Shown: in pieces, positions 54,601 to 64,000 of the stretch
Layout of the letters: the number at the start of each line of letters is the position of its first letter
Numbering within the stretch: the first letter of the stretch is position 1
NCBI GenBank assembly: GCA_965248925.1
Contig: CBDFLE010000006.1
Location: 5,088,001 to 5,152,000 of the forward strand
Source of the DNA: Candidatus Multivoradales bacterium
Lineage (GTDB): Bacteria; Acidobacteriota; Thermoanaerobaculia; Multivoradales; J023
Reading direction: 5' to 3'
Length of the DNA: 64,000 bases
The notes under the pieces: model-generated
What the model was told of the DNA's origin: nothing
What the model saw: the letters and a program-made list of their open reading frames with translations, nothing else
Databases searched by the model: none
Translations under genes and position numbers: made by a program

Positions 54601-55013
54601 TCGAGCTGGCCTCGACGACTGCTCTGCGGCTCAATTCTTTGCGGATCGAGCCTTTTCCGGTTGTCGTACAGGAGGTTCAGTTCGAGCTCAATCTGATTGT
54701 TCGTGAGACCGGCGATGGCCTTGCCGGAACCTTGCAGTACCAAACCGCGTTGTTCGAGCGCTCGACTGTCGAGCGCTTTGCCGATCTCTTGGTGAGCTTG
54801 GCCGAAGCGGTTGCAGAACATCCTGAGGCCAGCCTTGGCGAGCTTCGCCAGCGGCTTGTCACGGCGGAGCAAAGTTCTCTTGAGGCTCGCCGTGAGGTGC
54901 TTGGAGGGTGGGCTCGACAGCGCTTCTCGAAACGCCGCCGAACCGTCGTGCGAGCGGTCAGCCGAGCCGCGTCTAACAACTCAGCCAGTGAGGACTCATG
55001 CAAGACTCCCTAG
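51624..55013 (+). CDS. NRPS 3: A(unknown)-T-C
   Basis: FTSGSSGQPKG, NLYGPSETT, YRTGDL, GGHSL, HHIIADWWS; code DGLHMVLLTK; basic tail RFSKRRRTVV. Confidence 0.93.
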   Translation: MKAEPTLARVSAARRPAGTLQRPFEPIHRWIGRRAASAPRSIAIEFAGGSLTFGELAQAVAELVGRLRRAGVDQGDLVGVATSDREQVVVALLAVLEVGGLFMPIDPEFQAATLGSLITAAEPSWWLVAPEQAEAIRAASRGCGVDCSCLDLFPVAKKEEKRAAGAAPAALSVIDPELPCYVYFTSGSSGQPKGIVGRLKALDHYAGWMHDAFDVGSDCRFSQLISPAWDGFLLDVFVPLSAGGTVVAPPDRTTLLDGARLVRWLDQEQISHMHCTPSLLRSLLNQPLQPRLFRALRWLMLVGEAVLPSDVARWMEIFGERVRLVNLYGPSETTLTKLFYCISSADGAADTVPIGGPMPGARVLVVDERGQPCPPGREGEILIRTPYRSLGYLRQPELSAKVFVQNPFSDRTGDLVYRTGDLGRTRADGLLEFIGRRDGQVKIRGVRVELVPIESLLSSHPAVNEVVVVERRDRQGGNFLCAFLSLGQPVERGELRAFLLSSLPEIKVPSAFVVMESLPRTLTGKIDRGALPEPNQSLLGRGQSYRQPRNPVEQKLAAVFGRILNLERVGIDDSFFELGGHSLLSMELLSGIRDELGVELPLGQIFEHPTIVALARVVAQGAPVSAARSAISPVELGDGEFPLSFSQQRLWFVDQLSHDATFLNIADAVELRGEVSPEVLRRALERTVERQEALRTAFAERGGEPVQMVGEPWSVALPEVDLRSLPEAQRDSLASRHLAQESRRVFDLRNGRLLRCRLLRLADQRYLLICVIHHIIADWWSFGVLVRELTSAYEDLAAGRSCTLPELAVQGRDFALWERRWMVDEVLEQQLVYWRERLQGCATFHPLPLDFPRPSRQIHAGDQVDFEWPRPLAARLVRLAEEQGCSRFMLGLALFQIVVAHLVKTDDVVISAPVSFRDRPEVEPLIGFFVNTLLFRAQLAVELDFGGFLLQVRQRVVEAFDHQHLPLERLIEERAPQRSLDHTPLLQIGYSFFELASTTALRLNSLRIEPFPVVVQEVQFELNLIVRETGDGLAGTLQYQTALFERSTVERFADLLVSLAEAVAEHPEASLGELRQRLVTAEQSSLEARREVLGGWARQRFSKRRRTVVRAVSRAASNNSASEDSCKTP

Positions 55014-58000
55014 AAGGATTCCACCTTTCGAGCCAGCAGCTTCGGCTGTGGAGTGTGGCGGTTCGGGGTCAGGGCATGACCCCGCGAGCGGTGGCAAGGA
55101 TCGAATTCCACGGCGAGCTGGATCCTCAGGCCCTGTCTGCGGCGGCGAGCCAGCTGGTGGCGCGGCATGAGATTTTGCGTACCGCTTTTCGTTGCCTGCC
55201 AGGGATGAGCCGGCCGCTGCAGGTGATCGAGGAGCCGGCCGCGCCCTTGATCGAGAGGCGGGATTTCAGTGGCATCGACGAGCAGCTGGCCGCGGTGGCC
55301 GTGGCGCAAGCTTGCATCGAGTTGCAAGAGTGCGAACTCGACCTCGAAGTCGGGGTTGCATGGCGAATGCTCTGCTTACGGTTGGGCAGGGATCGCCACC
55401 AGCTGGTGTGGGTGCTACCAGCATTGTGCTGTGATGCCGCGAGCATGGTCAACTTGACCGCCGAGTTGAACCAGGCTTATCGGCAGGGGGCGGCAACCCT
55501 GGACGAGGCCACCCAATATGCCGACATCTCTAGTTGGCAGGCCGAGCTTCTGGAGGCTGATGAAGCCAGTGAGGGGAGGGCCTTTTGGCGCCGCTTGGGC
55601 GCCGCACTACCGGTCCTCGGCGACTTGCCCTTCGAACGACGCCAGGCGGAGTCCGCCGCTGGCGAGCGGGGGACCTCGCGGGTCCGGTTGCCGGCGGTGT
55701 TGGTAGACGCTCTGCGGGTATCGGCCGCAGCTCACGGCGCTGAGCCCAAAGTGCTGCTGGCGGTGGTTTGGGCGACCTTGCTGGGCCGGCTGCTGGAATC
55801 CTCCCGAGTGGCTCTAGGGATGCTTGTCGAGGGGCGTCCCTATGAAGAGATGGTGACCGCGGTGGGCCCCTACGCGCGCTGGGTGCCGCTCGATTTCCCC
55901 CTGCCAGACGAGGCCGATTTTGGCGCCTTGGTCGAGTCCACGGCGGCCCGTTTGAACGAACTCGAGGATTGGCTGGACAGCTACGACGAGCATGCTCTAG
56001 CAACCGCCTCCGAAGCTGCCGATGGGCATCGATTCGGCTTCGAATTCGAATCTCTCACTGCTGTGGTTTCCGCCGACAAGTTTCGCCTGGTGGAGCGTCG
56101 GTGGACTTCAGAGCCCTTCGAACTTCTATTGAAAGTGTGCCTCGCGGCGGCTGGCGACAGTGACGCCGAGAGTCATGTCGAACTGCATTGGAATTCTGCC
56201 CGCTGGCTGGGTTGGGAGCTCGAGCAGCTGCCATATTGGTATCGGCACCTACTCACCGACGCGGTGGAGCGGGGCGGGGCCTTGACAGCGTTGGCATGGG
56301 GTGACGCTGCCCCTCGCCGCGCTCGCTTGGCGGCGCTGAGCAGTACAGCGATCGATGTTGGCAGCGATGCCTTGCTACCGCGGCTGGTCGAGCACCAGGC
56401 CAGAATGACGCCACAACGTTGGGCGGTCAGCAGCTCCCAGGGCGAGCTCAACTATGCCGAGTTGGTTGAGCGCGCCACGCGGCTGGCGCGGCAACTGCGC
56501 GCGCGGGGCGTTGGTCAGGGAGACCGAGTAGGGATTGCAGTGCAGCGATCGCTGGCGATGGTGGTCGGCATGTTGGCGATCTGGAAGACTGGAGCTGCCT
56601 ATGTGCCGCTCGACCCAAGCTATCCGGCCGAGCGCTTACGCTTCATGATCGAGGATTCGGACCTCGCCTTGTTGCTCACCCACGAAGGCGGTTTGGCCGA
56701 CTTGGACGGCTTCACTGATCGCTGTTTGCTGGTTGATCCAGCGGGGGTTGGTGAGGGGTCGACAGCTGGCGGGGAAGGATTGCCCGAAGTTTGCTCATCG
56801 GCGCCCGCTTACGTCATCTACACCTCGGGCTCGACCGGACGGCCGAAGGGAGTAGTGGTAGCCCATCGGGCGATCGCCAATCGCTTATCGTGGATGCGCC
56901 GCGCCCAGCCGTTGGCGGCCGACGATCGGGTGCTGCAGAAAACTCCTTTCAGCTTCGATGCCTCGATTTGGGAGATCTTCCTTCCTCTGATCAGCGGCGC
57001 CGGCTTGGTGTTGGCCGAGCCTGGTGGGCAGCGTGACAACGCCTACTTGCTGGCGACCGTCGTCGCCCAGCGCATTACTGTGCTGCAATTGGTGCCATCG
57101 CAGCTGGCGGTTTTTCTACAGCAGCCTGATATTGAAGAGGGCTGTCGAGGGCTGCGGCGGATGTACTGTGGCGGGGAGGCTTTCGCGGTCCACCTGGCGG
57201 CTCGTTTTCATCAGCTTTGTGGTGCCGAGCTGTACAACCTCTATGGCCCCACCGAGGCTTCCATCGATGTTGCTTGGCAGCAGAGCTCGGGCGCCATGAG
57301 CGACGAAAGTGGCCGCGCCGCCTGGTTGCCGATCGGCCGGGCGCTTGACAACGTCCGCTTGTTGGTGGTCGATCGGCGTCTGCGCCAGCAGCCCTGGGGA
57401 GTGTCCGGCGAGCTGCTGATCGCTGGTGTCGGCCTGGCCCAGGGCTATCACCATCGGCCCGGCCTGACCGCCGAGAGGTTCTGCCCTGATCCAGCGGGGG
57501 TCGAAGTCGGTGGTCGTGGCTATCACTCCGGCGACCGGGTGCGGCGGCTACGCGACGGTGGGCTCGAGTTCCTTGGTCGCCTCGACGAGCAGGTCAAGTT
57601 GCGGGGCTTTCGCATCGAGCTGGGTGAGATCAATACTCTGATCGAGCGTCAGCCGGGTGTGCGCGAGGCGGCGACGGTGCTCCACGGCGACAGCATGGAC
57701 CAGATCCTGGCTACTTACGTGGTGCCGAGCGACCAGCAGTTGGAGGTCGAAAGTCTCGGACGGGTGCTGGCGGAGTGGCTGCCTGAGCACATGATTCCGA
57801 CGGTTTTCGTCGAACTCGATACTTTGCCGCGGCAGCCCAACGGCAAGCTCGATCGGGGTGCTCTACCCGAGCCACGGCGGCAACGTGGCGAACAGGTGCA
57901 GTGGGTGGCGCCGCGCAATTCTACCGAAGAGCTGTTGGCCGGATTCTGGTGCGAGCTGTTGGGAGTCGACGAGGTTGGTATCGACGATGATTTTTTCGCC

Positions 58001-61000
58001 CTCGGCGGACACTCGCTGTTGGCTACTCGGCTGATCGCTAGAGTGCGCGAGTTGTTCCAAGTCGAGATCAAGGTCGCGCAGCTCTTCGAGCGGCCGACGA
58101 TCGCCGAATTGGCGCCAGAGATCGCCGACGCCCGAGGCTCGAAGGATGCAACTGCTGCTGCCATTCCGCCACTGCGGCGAGCGCCGCGACCGGTACGGAT
58201 CCCGCTGTCGTTCGGACAACGGCGACTGTGGTTCCTCGACCGGCTTCAGCCTGGGTTGGTGGCCTACAACTTACCCGTGGCGATCGGCCTAGAAGGGCGG
58301 CTCGAGCGGTCGGCGCTCGAAGCAGCCCTCGGCGAAGTGGTGCGGCGTCACGAGGTCCTGCGCACGGTTTTTGAGCAGGCCGACGGCGAGCCTTACCAAA
58401 GGCTGCTGGCGCCCAACCCGGTAGTCCTGCCATGGGTCGACCTCGAGCAGCTCGAGGCTGGCGATGCCGAGGACGAGGCGCGGCTCTGGCTGGGCGAGGC
58501 AGCCGCGAGACCCTTTGATTTGCGCCGCGGGCCTCTGCTGCGGGGCCTGGTGCTGGTTCTGGAGGCGGATCGCCACGTCGCGCAGCTGACCTTGCACCAC
58601 ATTGTTTCGGACGGCTGGTCCAACAGCTTGCTAGTCGAGGAGCTGTCGACTCTTTATGGGGCGTTCATCAAGGCTCGACCCAGCCCCCTGGCGGAGCTAC
58701 CGGTGCAGTACGCAGACTACGCTTGTTGGCAACACGGTTGGCTGGCAGAGGAGGTGCTAGAGAACGAGTTGGCCTACTGGCGAGCGGCCCTAGCGGGGGC
58801 GCCAAAAGAGCTTGGTCTGCCCACCGATCGGCCGCGTCCGGCGGTGCAGTCCTTTCGCGGTGCCAGCTGCGACCTGCGGCTCGATGAAGGGCTTTCGCAG
58901 CAGCTGAAGAATCTCGCCCTACAGAGTTCGGCGACTCCTTTCATGGTCTTCGTCGCTGCCTTTCAGTTGCTGTTGGGCCGCTATGCCGGTCAGCGTGATC
59001 TCTGTATTGGAACACCGGTCGCGGGCCGCGGTCAGCTGCTTTCAGAAGGGTTGATCGGTCTGTTCGTCAATACTCTGGTACTGCGAGCCGAACTCGACCC
59101 GCGGCAGACCTGGGCCGAGCTGTTGACGGCGGTTCGCGCCACTTGCCTGGCCGCCCACGACCATCAGGAGCTGCCTTTCGAGTGCTTGGTGGAAGCCATC
59201 GAAAGCGAGCGCAGCCTCAGCCATTCGCCAGTTTTTCAGGTCATGCTGGCGCTGCAGAACGTACCTCGCGCGAGCCTCGATCTTCCCGGCCTGACCTTGA
59301 GAGCGTTAGAGTCGGATCACCGCACCTCGAAGATGGAGCTGACCCTGGTGCTGGCGGAAGCCGACGGCTGCTTTAGCGGCTCGCTAGAGTACAACACCGA
59401 CCTCTTCGACGGCGTTACCATGCGGCGCCTACTGGGCCACTTTGCAACCCTGCTCGGCAGTGTTGCCGCCGCTCCTCAGAGTCTCCTGGGTGAGCTCGAC
59501 ACGCTCTCTCGCGCCCAGCGCAATCAGCTACTGCAAGAGTGGAATTCGCGGCCGCAAACGGATACTTCGGAGCCCTTTTCCCATCGCCTCTTCGCTCTTC
59601 GGGCGGCGCAGCAGCCAAAGGCGTTGGCGGTTGCCGACGAGCGCGGCGAGCTGAGCTACGGCGAGCTTGATCAGCTGGCCAACCGGTTGGCGCACCAACT
59701 TGTCGACCTAGGAGTTGCTGCGGACCATGTGGTGGCAATCATGGTGGAGCGGTCGCCGAGTTTGGTGGTGGCGATTCTAGCGGTGATGAAGGCCGGTGGT
59801 GCCTACCTACCGCTCGACCCGGACCATCCCTCAGCCCGCTTGCAGCTGATGCTCGAAGATGCCCAACCAACAGTTTTGATCGCCACCGGAGCAACCCTCG
59901 GCCTGTTGGCCGAAGTAGCGCTGCCGGTCTTGCGGCTCGACCAGGAAGTCGGCAAAGCGGCGACAAAGACTCCGCTGGGGTCCCCCGAAGTCGAGCTGCT
60001 CCCCTCCAACCTGGCCTACGTGATCTACACCTCGGGATCTACGGGTCGACCGAAGGGAACTGGTTTGACTCATGCCGGCTTGGCCAACTTGGCGGCTTGG
60101 CATCGCCGTACCTATGCCGTCGAAGCGGCAGATCGCGCCACCATGGTCGCCAGCCAGGCCTTCGATGCTTCGGTTTGGGAGTTGTGGCCCTATCTCACCG
60201 CTGGCGCTAGCCTGCATGTGCCCGGCGCGGCGGTGCGGGGCGCGCCAGCGGCACTCTTCAGCTGGCTGGGGGAGCAGCGCATCAGCTTGAGCTTCTTGCC
60301 CACCCCGTTGGCCGAAGCGATGCTCGAAGGGGTGGCGCCGGCGGGTCTTGCCTTACGCGCCCTGTTGATCGGTGGAGACCGGCTGCACAAGATGAGTGGC
60401 AAACCACTGCCCTGCCGCGTGGTCAACCACTACGGTCCGACCGAGGACACCGTGGTGTCGACTTGGGGCGAGGTGCCGGCAGAAACCGTTTCTGACCCCT
60501 CGATAGGGCGGCCGATCGATCAAACCTCAGCCTATGTCGTCGACGCTGACCTGCGCCTGCTGCCGATCGCGGCCCGGGGTGAACTGGTCCTCGGCGGCGT
60601 CGGGCTAGCCCGCGGCTACCTACGCCGGCCAGCAGCGACGGCAGCTGCCTTCATCCCCGATCCTTTCAGTAGCCAAGTGGGGAGCCGCTTGTATCGAAGT
60701 GGCGATCTGGTGCGCCTGTCAGTGGCTGGTGATCTCGAATTCCTCGGTCGTCGCGACCACCAGATCAAGGTGCGCGGCTTTCGTATCGAACCGGGCGAGA
60801 TTGAAGCAACTCTGATGGCTGTGCCGGGGGTTCGCGAAGCCCTGGTGGTGGCCCGCAAAGCGGCCGGCGGTGGTCACCGGCTGGTGGCCTACATCGTGCC
60901 GGACGAGCCGTCTGTCGACCCGGAGTCGGCGGCCGAAGGGCTGCGCCAGGTGCTGCGCGCGGCGCTGCCGGACTACATGGTGCCGAGCGCCCTGGTGGCG

Positions 61001-61426
61001 CTCGAGGCTCTGCCACTAAGCCCCAACGGTAAGCTCGATCGAGGGGCCTTGCCGGAGCCCGAGCTGCTTGGCCGCGGCAGTTACGTGGAGCCGCAAACGC
61101 CGACTGAACAAAGCCTGGCGAAGATTTGGGCGGAAGTCTTGGAACTCGATCGGGTGGGAGCTGAGGACAATTTCTTCGCCCTAGGTGGCCATTCCTTGAT
61201 TGCTTTGAAAGTGGTTTCGCGAGTTCTCGGGCAGTTTGCAGTCGAGCTGCCGGTCCGCGATCTCTTTGCGGCCGCGACCCTCGCCGAGTTGGCGGAGCGG
61301 CTCGACCAGCTGACGCTGGAGTCAGTAGATACCGACGAACTTGCCATGTTGCTGGCCCAGGTCGAGGAAGAAGGCGACGCCGAGAGCTTGGCCGGCGAAG
61401 TTGAGAAAGCTGGGGTGAAGGGATGA
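54998..61426 (+). CDS. NRPS 4: interface-type C*-A(Gln)-T-C-A(Leu-like)-T
   Basis: N-terminal C-like domain (EGFHLSSQQLRLW) with LPALCCDAAS in place of HHxxxDG; codes DAWQYGLIDK and DAWFLGHVVK; second C motif HHIVSDGWS. Confidence 0.93.
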   Translation: MQDSLEGFHLSSQQLRLWSVAVRGQGMTPRAVARIEFHGELDPQALSAAASQLVARHEILRTAFRCLPGMSRPLQVIEEPAAPLIERRDFSGIDEQLAAVAVAQACIELQECELDLEVGVAWRMLCLRLGRDRHQLVWVLPALCCDAASMVNLTAELNQAYRQGAATLDEATQYADISSWQAELLEADEASEGRAFWRRLGAALPVLGDLPFERRQAESAAGERGTSRVRLPAVLVDALRVSAAAHGAEPKVLLAVVWATLLGRLLESSRVALGMLVEGRPYEEMVTAVGPYARWVPLDFPLPDEADFGALVESTAARLNELEDWLDSYDEHALATASEAADGHRFGFEFESLTAVVSADKFRLVERRWTSEPFELLLKVCLAAAGDSDAESHVELHWNSARWLGWELEQLPYWYRHLLTDAVERGGALTALAWGDAAPRRARLAALSSTAIDVGSDALLPRLVEHQARMTPQRWAVSSSQGELNYAELVERATRLARQLRARGVGQGDRVGIAVQRSLAMVVGMLAIWKTGAAYVPLDPSYPAERLRFMIEDSDLALLLTHEGGLADLDGFTDRCLLVDPAGVGEGSTAGGEGLPEVCSSAPAYVIYTSGSTGRPKGVVVAHRAIANRLSWMRRAQPLAADDRVLQKTPFSFDASIWEIFLPLISGAGLVLAEPGGQRDNAYLLATVVAQRITVLQLVPSQLAVFLQQPDIEEGCRGLRRMYCGGEAFAVHLAARFHQLCGAELYNLYGPTEASIDVAWQQSSGAMSDESGRAAWLPIGRALDNVRLLVVDRRLRQQPWGVSGELLIAGVGLAQGYHHRPGLTAERFCPDPAGVEVGGRGYHSGDRVRRLRDGGLEFLGRLDEQVKLRGFRIELGEINTLIERQPGVREAATVLHGDSMDQILATYVVPSDQQLEVESLGRVLAEWLPEHMIPTVFVELDTLPRQPNGKLDRGALPEPRRQRGEQVQWVAPRNSTEELLAGFWCELLGVDEVGIDDDFFALGGHSLLATRLIARVRELFQVEIKVAQLFERPTIAELAPEIADARGSKDATAAAIPPLRRAPRPVRIPLSFGQRRLWFLDRLQPGLVAYNLPVAIGLEGRLERSALEAALGEVVRRHEVLRTVFEQADGEPYQRLLAPNPVVLPWVDLEQLEAGDAEDEARLWLGEAAARPFDLRRGPLLRGLVLVLEADRHVAQLTLHHIVSDGWSNSLLVEELSTLYGAFIKARPSPLAELPVQYADYACWQHGWLAEEVLENELAYWRAALAGAPKELGLPTDRPRPAVQSFRGASCDLRLDEGLSQQLKNLALQSSATPFMVFVAAFQLLLGRYAGQRDLCIGTPVAGRGQLLSEGLIGLFVNTLVLRAELDPRQTWAELLTAVRATCLAAHDHQELPFECLVEAIESERSLSHSPVFQVMLALQNVPRASLDLPGLTLRALESDHRTSKMELTLVLAEADGCFSGSLEYNTDLFDGVTMRRLLGHFATLLGSVAAAPQSLLGELDTLSRAQRNQLLQEWNSRPQTDTSEPFSHRLFALRAAQQPKALAVADERGELSYGELDQLANRLAHQLVDLGVAADHVVAIMVERSPSLVVAILAVMKAGGAYLPLDPDHPSARLQLMLEDAQPTVLIATGATLGLLAEVALPVLRLDQEVGKAATKTPLGSPEVELLPSNLAYVIYTSGSTGRPKGTGLTHAGLANLAAWHRRTYAVEAADRATMVASQAFDASVWELWPYLTAGASLHVPGAAVRGAPAALFSWLGEQRISLSFLPTPLAEAMLEGVAPAGLALRALLIGGDRLHKMSGKPLPCRVVNHYGPTEDTVVSTWGEVPAETVSDPSIGRPIDQTSAYVVDADLRLLPIAARGELVLGGVGLARGYLRRPAATAAAFIPDPFSSQVGSRLYRSGDLVRLSVAGDLEFLGRRDHQIKVRGFRIEPGEIEATLMAVPGVREALVVARKAAGGGHRLVAYIVPDEPSVDPESAAEGLRQVLRAALPDYMVPSALVALEALPLSPNGKLDRGALPEPELLGRGSYVEPQTPTEQSLAKIWAEVLELDRVGAEDNFFALGGHSLIALKVVSRVLGQFAVELPVRDLFAAATLAELAERLDQLTLESVDTDELAMLLAQVEEEGDAESLAGEVEKAGVKG

Positions 61427-64000
61427 GTCGGCGCCAGCTTGAAGAACGCCTGCGCCAGCTACCCGCGGCCAAGCGGCAGCAGCTGCTCGGGCTGATGCGG
61501 CAGCGAGCGACTGCCGATCGGCTGTCGGAAAAAATTCCGCGCCGTCGTCAAGACGGCCCTTCGCCTCTGTCTTTTGCCCAGCAGCGGTTGTGGTTCCTGG
61601 ACCGCTTGACGCCGGATAACGCGGCCTACAACTTGCCTTTTGCGGTTCGCCTCGAAGGTCAGCTTGAAGTCGCGGAGCTCGAGGCGGCGATTCTTGAGGT
61701 AGTCAGCCGCCATCAGGTTCTGCGCTCGCGCTTCAGTACCGTAGGTGGCCAACCTCGGCAACAACCCGCCGCAATGGCTGAAGTCGGGCTGGCGCGGGTC
61801 GATCTAGGCCGCCTGACGGAGGCTGCAGGAGATCGCGAGCTGGCTCGTCGGCTCAACGATGAAGCTAGCCGTCCGTTCGATCTGCAGGCAGAACTCCCAT
61901 TTCGGGCTTGCTTAGTGGAATTGCGTAAGCACCATCATGTGGTTCTCTTTACCTTGCATCACATTGCTGCCGACGGCTGGTCGATGGGCAATTTGAGTGC
62001 TGAAGTGGCAGCTCTCTATGGTGCCTTGGTGGCCGGCGAAGAATCTGACCTTACAGCCTTGGAAGTTCAGTATTCAGACTATGCCGCCTGGCAGCGGGAG
62101 ACTCTCGAGGGCGAGGTTCTGCAAGCGCAGCTGGACTATTGGCGGCAATGTTTGAGCGGCGCTCCGCAAGTTCTGGAGCTGCCTACTGATCGGCCGAGGC
62201 CCGCCACCCAGAGCCTGCGCGGTTCGTTTCGCAAATTGCAGCTTGGGACCGACTTGGCAGTGGCCCTGGAGGGGTTGGCACAGGCTAGCGAAGTGACCTC
62301 CTTTATGTTGCTGATGGCGGCCTTCCAAACGCTACTCAGCCGGTACTGCGGCCAGACCGACTTGGTCGTAGGCTCACCGGTGGCCAATCGAGGCCGGCCC
62401 GAGTTGGAGCCGCTGATCGGCTACTTCGTCAATAACTTGGCGCTGCGGAGTGATCTGTCGGGCAATCCTGTGTTCGCCGATCTGCTCGCTAGCACCAAGA
62501 CCTCGGTGTTGGCTGCCTTCGATCACCAGGAGGTGCCGTTCGAGAAGCTAATCGATGAGTTCGGTTTGGAACGTAGCCTGAGCTATCCGCCGTTATTTCA
62601 AGTGGTGTTCGCTCTGCAGGCAGCCGCGCCAGAGCCGATCGCTATACCCGGTGGCCTGCGGATGAGCGCCATCGATCTTGACAGCTACAGCGCAAAATTC
62701 GAACTCACCCTATCGATGCAGCGCAGCAAGGACGGATTTCACGGCGGCTTGGAGTACGCCACCGATCTGTTCGACTCCACCACCGTCGACCGTCTGCTGG
62801 GGGCCTTTGCCAATCTGCTGCGGGGTCTGGTGAAACAGTCTCGCGCACGGCTCTGGGAGTTGCCTCTGCTGAGTGCCTCGGAGTGTTGGCAAGTGCGGAC
62901 GGAGTGGAGCGGAGGGGGCCTCGATCTGGTGCCACGAAACAACTTGATCGATTGTTTCGCGGCGCGAGTGGCGAACGGCCCTGAGCGCCTGGCCGTAGCC
63001 TGCGGCAGGCGCTCGCTGAGTTATGGCGAACTCGATCGAAGGTCAACAGAGCTGGCTGCCGAACTGGTCGAACGCGGTGCCTTGCCGGGGCAGCGGATCG
63101 CTCTATGTGTCGAGCGCGACGTCGAACTGGCGGTAGGTATCTTGGGGATTCTCAAGGCCGGTTGCGCCTACCTGCCGATCGACTCGAAGCTGCCGGCTGA
63201 GCGCTTGAGGTTCTTGCTCGAGGATGCTGCCGCTGAGTTGGTGGTGGCCGATCGGGCAGCCTCGACCGCGGCTCTGCCGACGAGTGTTGTTGCGCCGGTG
63301 CGGGTCGACCGGCTGACGGCTGCGAAGGTCACCGACTGGCGACCGGTCAGTGTGCCGCCAGAAGCGCCAGCCTACGTCATTTACACCTCTGGCTCGACCG
63401 GCCGACCTAAAGGGGTGGTGGTCAGCCACGCCAACGTCTTGCGTTTGTTCGACGCCTCTGAACGGTGGTTCAACTTCGATGCTTCAGATGTCTGGACGCT
63501 GTTCCACTCCTACTCCTTCGATTTTTCGGTGTGGGAGTTCTGGGGGGCGCTACTCTACGGCGGACGGCTCGAAGTCGTGCCCTATTCGGTGAGCCGATCG
63601 CCAGCTGATTTTCGCGCCTTGCTGACCGAGCGCGGGGTCACCGTTCTCAATCAAACACCGTCGGCTTTTCGCCAGCTCATCCAGGCGGACGAACAGGTTG
63701 GTGGGACAGCGGCGCTGCGGTTGCGGTGGGTGATCTTTGGCGGCGAGGCTCTTGAACCTCGCAGCTTGGCGGGCTGGGTCGAACGGCATGGCGATGGTCA
63801 CAGCGATGGTGGGGTGGTGGGCCGCCGCGGGCCGCGGCTGATCAACATGTACGGCATCACTGAAACGACCGTGCATGTGACCTATCGCCGCCTCACCCGA
63901 CGCGAGATCGAACTGGGTTTTGGCAGTGTCATCGGCGTGCCGATTCCCGACCTGCAAACTTTGGTGCTGGACCACCGGGGCGGTTTGGTGCCGATCGGTG
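61423..64000 (+). CDS. NRPS 5 (3' truncated by window): C-A(Thr)...
   Basis: Not in the ORF track because it has no stop in the window. ATG 61423 overlaps the NRPS 4 stop; translates MSRRQLEERL...PLSFAQQRLWFLD...HHIAADGWS...YTSGSTGRPKG...FDFSVWE...NMYGITETTVHVT. Confidence 0.92.
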   Translation, partial: MSRRQLEERLRQLPAAKRQQLLGLMRQRATADRLSEKIPRRRQDGPSPLSFAQQRLWFLDRLTPDNAAYNLPFAVRLEGQLEVAELEAAILEVVSRHQVLRSRFSTVGGQPRQQPAAMAEVGLARVDLGRLTEAAGDRELARRLNDEASRPFDLQAELPFRACLVELRKHHHVVLFTLHHIAADGWSMGNLSAEVAALYGALVAGEESDLTALEVQYSDYAAWQRETLEGEVLQAQLDYWRQCLSGAPQVLELPTDRPRPATQSLRGSFRKLQLGTDLAVALEGLAQASEVTSFMLLMAAFQTLLSRYCGQTDLVVGSPVANRGRPELEPLIGYFVNNLALRSDLSGNPVFADLLASTKTSVLAAFDHQEVPFEKLIDEFGLERSLSYPPLFQVVFALQAAAPEPIAIPGGLRMSAIDLDSYSAKFELTLSMQRSKDGFHGGLEYATDLFDSTTVDRLLGAFANLLRGLVKQSRARLWELPLLSASECWQVRTEWSGGGLDLVPRNNLIDCFAARVANGPERLAVACGRRSLSYGELDRRSTELAAELVERGALPGQRIALCVERDVELAVGILGILKAGCAYLPIDSKLPAERLRFLLEDAAAELVVADRAASTAALPTSVVAPVRVDRLTAAKVTDWRPVSVPPEAPAYVIYTSGSTGRPKGVVVSHANVLRLFDASERWFNFDASDVWTLFHSYSFDFSVWEFWGALLYGGRLEVVPYSVSRSPADFRALLTERGVTVLNQTPSAFRQLIQADEQVGGTAALRLRWVIFGGEALEPRSLAGWVERHGDGHSDGGVVGRRGPRLINMYGITETTVHVTYRRLTRREIELGFGSVIGVPIPDLQTLVLDHRGGLVPIG

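Noticed and set aside
23741-64000. Long internal DNA similarities among NRPS modules
   Set aside because: Expected paralogy of C/A/T domains, not independent repeats or mobile elements.

Overview
GC-rich bacterial DNA, almost all on the + strand. The gene content resembles Acidobacteriota or Planctomycetota, but that is inference only. Four blocks. (1) 0-7.1 kb: end of a PQQ-like beta-propeller gene, a DUF2723-like remnant, a TPR-CHAT protease / small orphan ORF / ECF sigma / zf-HC2 anti-sigma module, and a TerC-family gene. (2) 7.2-13.3 kb: a rearranged patch with two 133-bp direct repeats, an internally deleted copy of a TauD/SyrP-type hydroxylase, two SGNH-like proteins, the intact hydroxylase and a divergent TPR gene. 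(3) 13.6-23.5 kb: a tightly coupled 9-gene operon with no pathway I can name: radical SAM, cysteine desulfurase, lone GcvH-like carrier, COG0523 GTPase, HdrA-N-like Cys protein, 2x[4Fe-4S] ferredoxin, DUF116-polyprenyl synthase fusion, prenyltransferase-beta-like barrel and a DxDD squalene-hopene-cyclase-like enzyme. (4) 23.7 kb to the end: a lipopeptide NRPS line (FAAL-ACP plus at least 11 modules, running off the window). Hand-read A-domain codes give acyl-Gly-Leu?-Ala-Lys/Orn?-Thr(Dhb)-Cys-Thr-X-Gln-Leu?-Thr... The line includes a dehydrating-type C domain, an embedded His-type MIO enzyme next to an atypical A domain, and a catalytically dead interface-type C domain. The best candidates for undescribed biology are block 3 and the MIO/A8 pair. 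All assignments come from motifs read by eye; no database searches were run.
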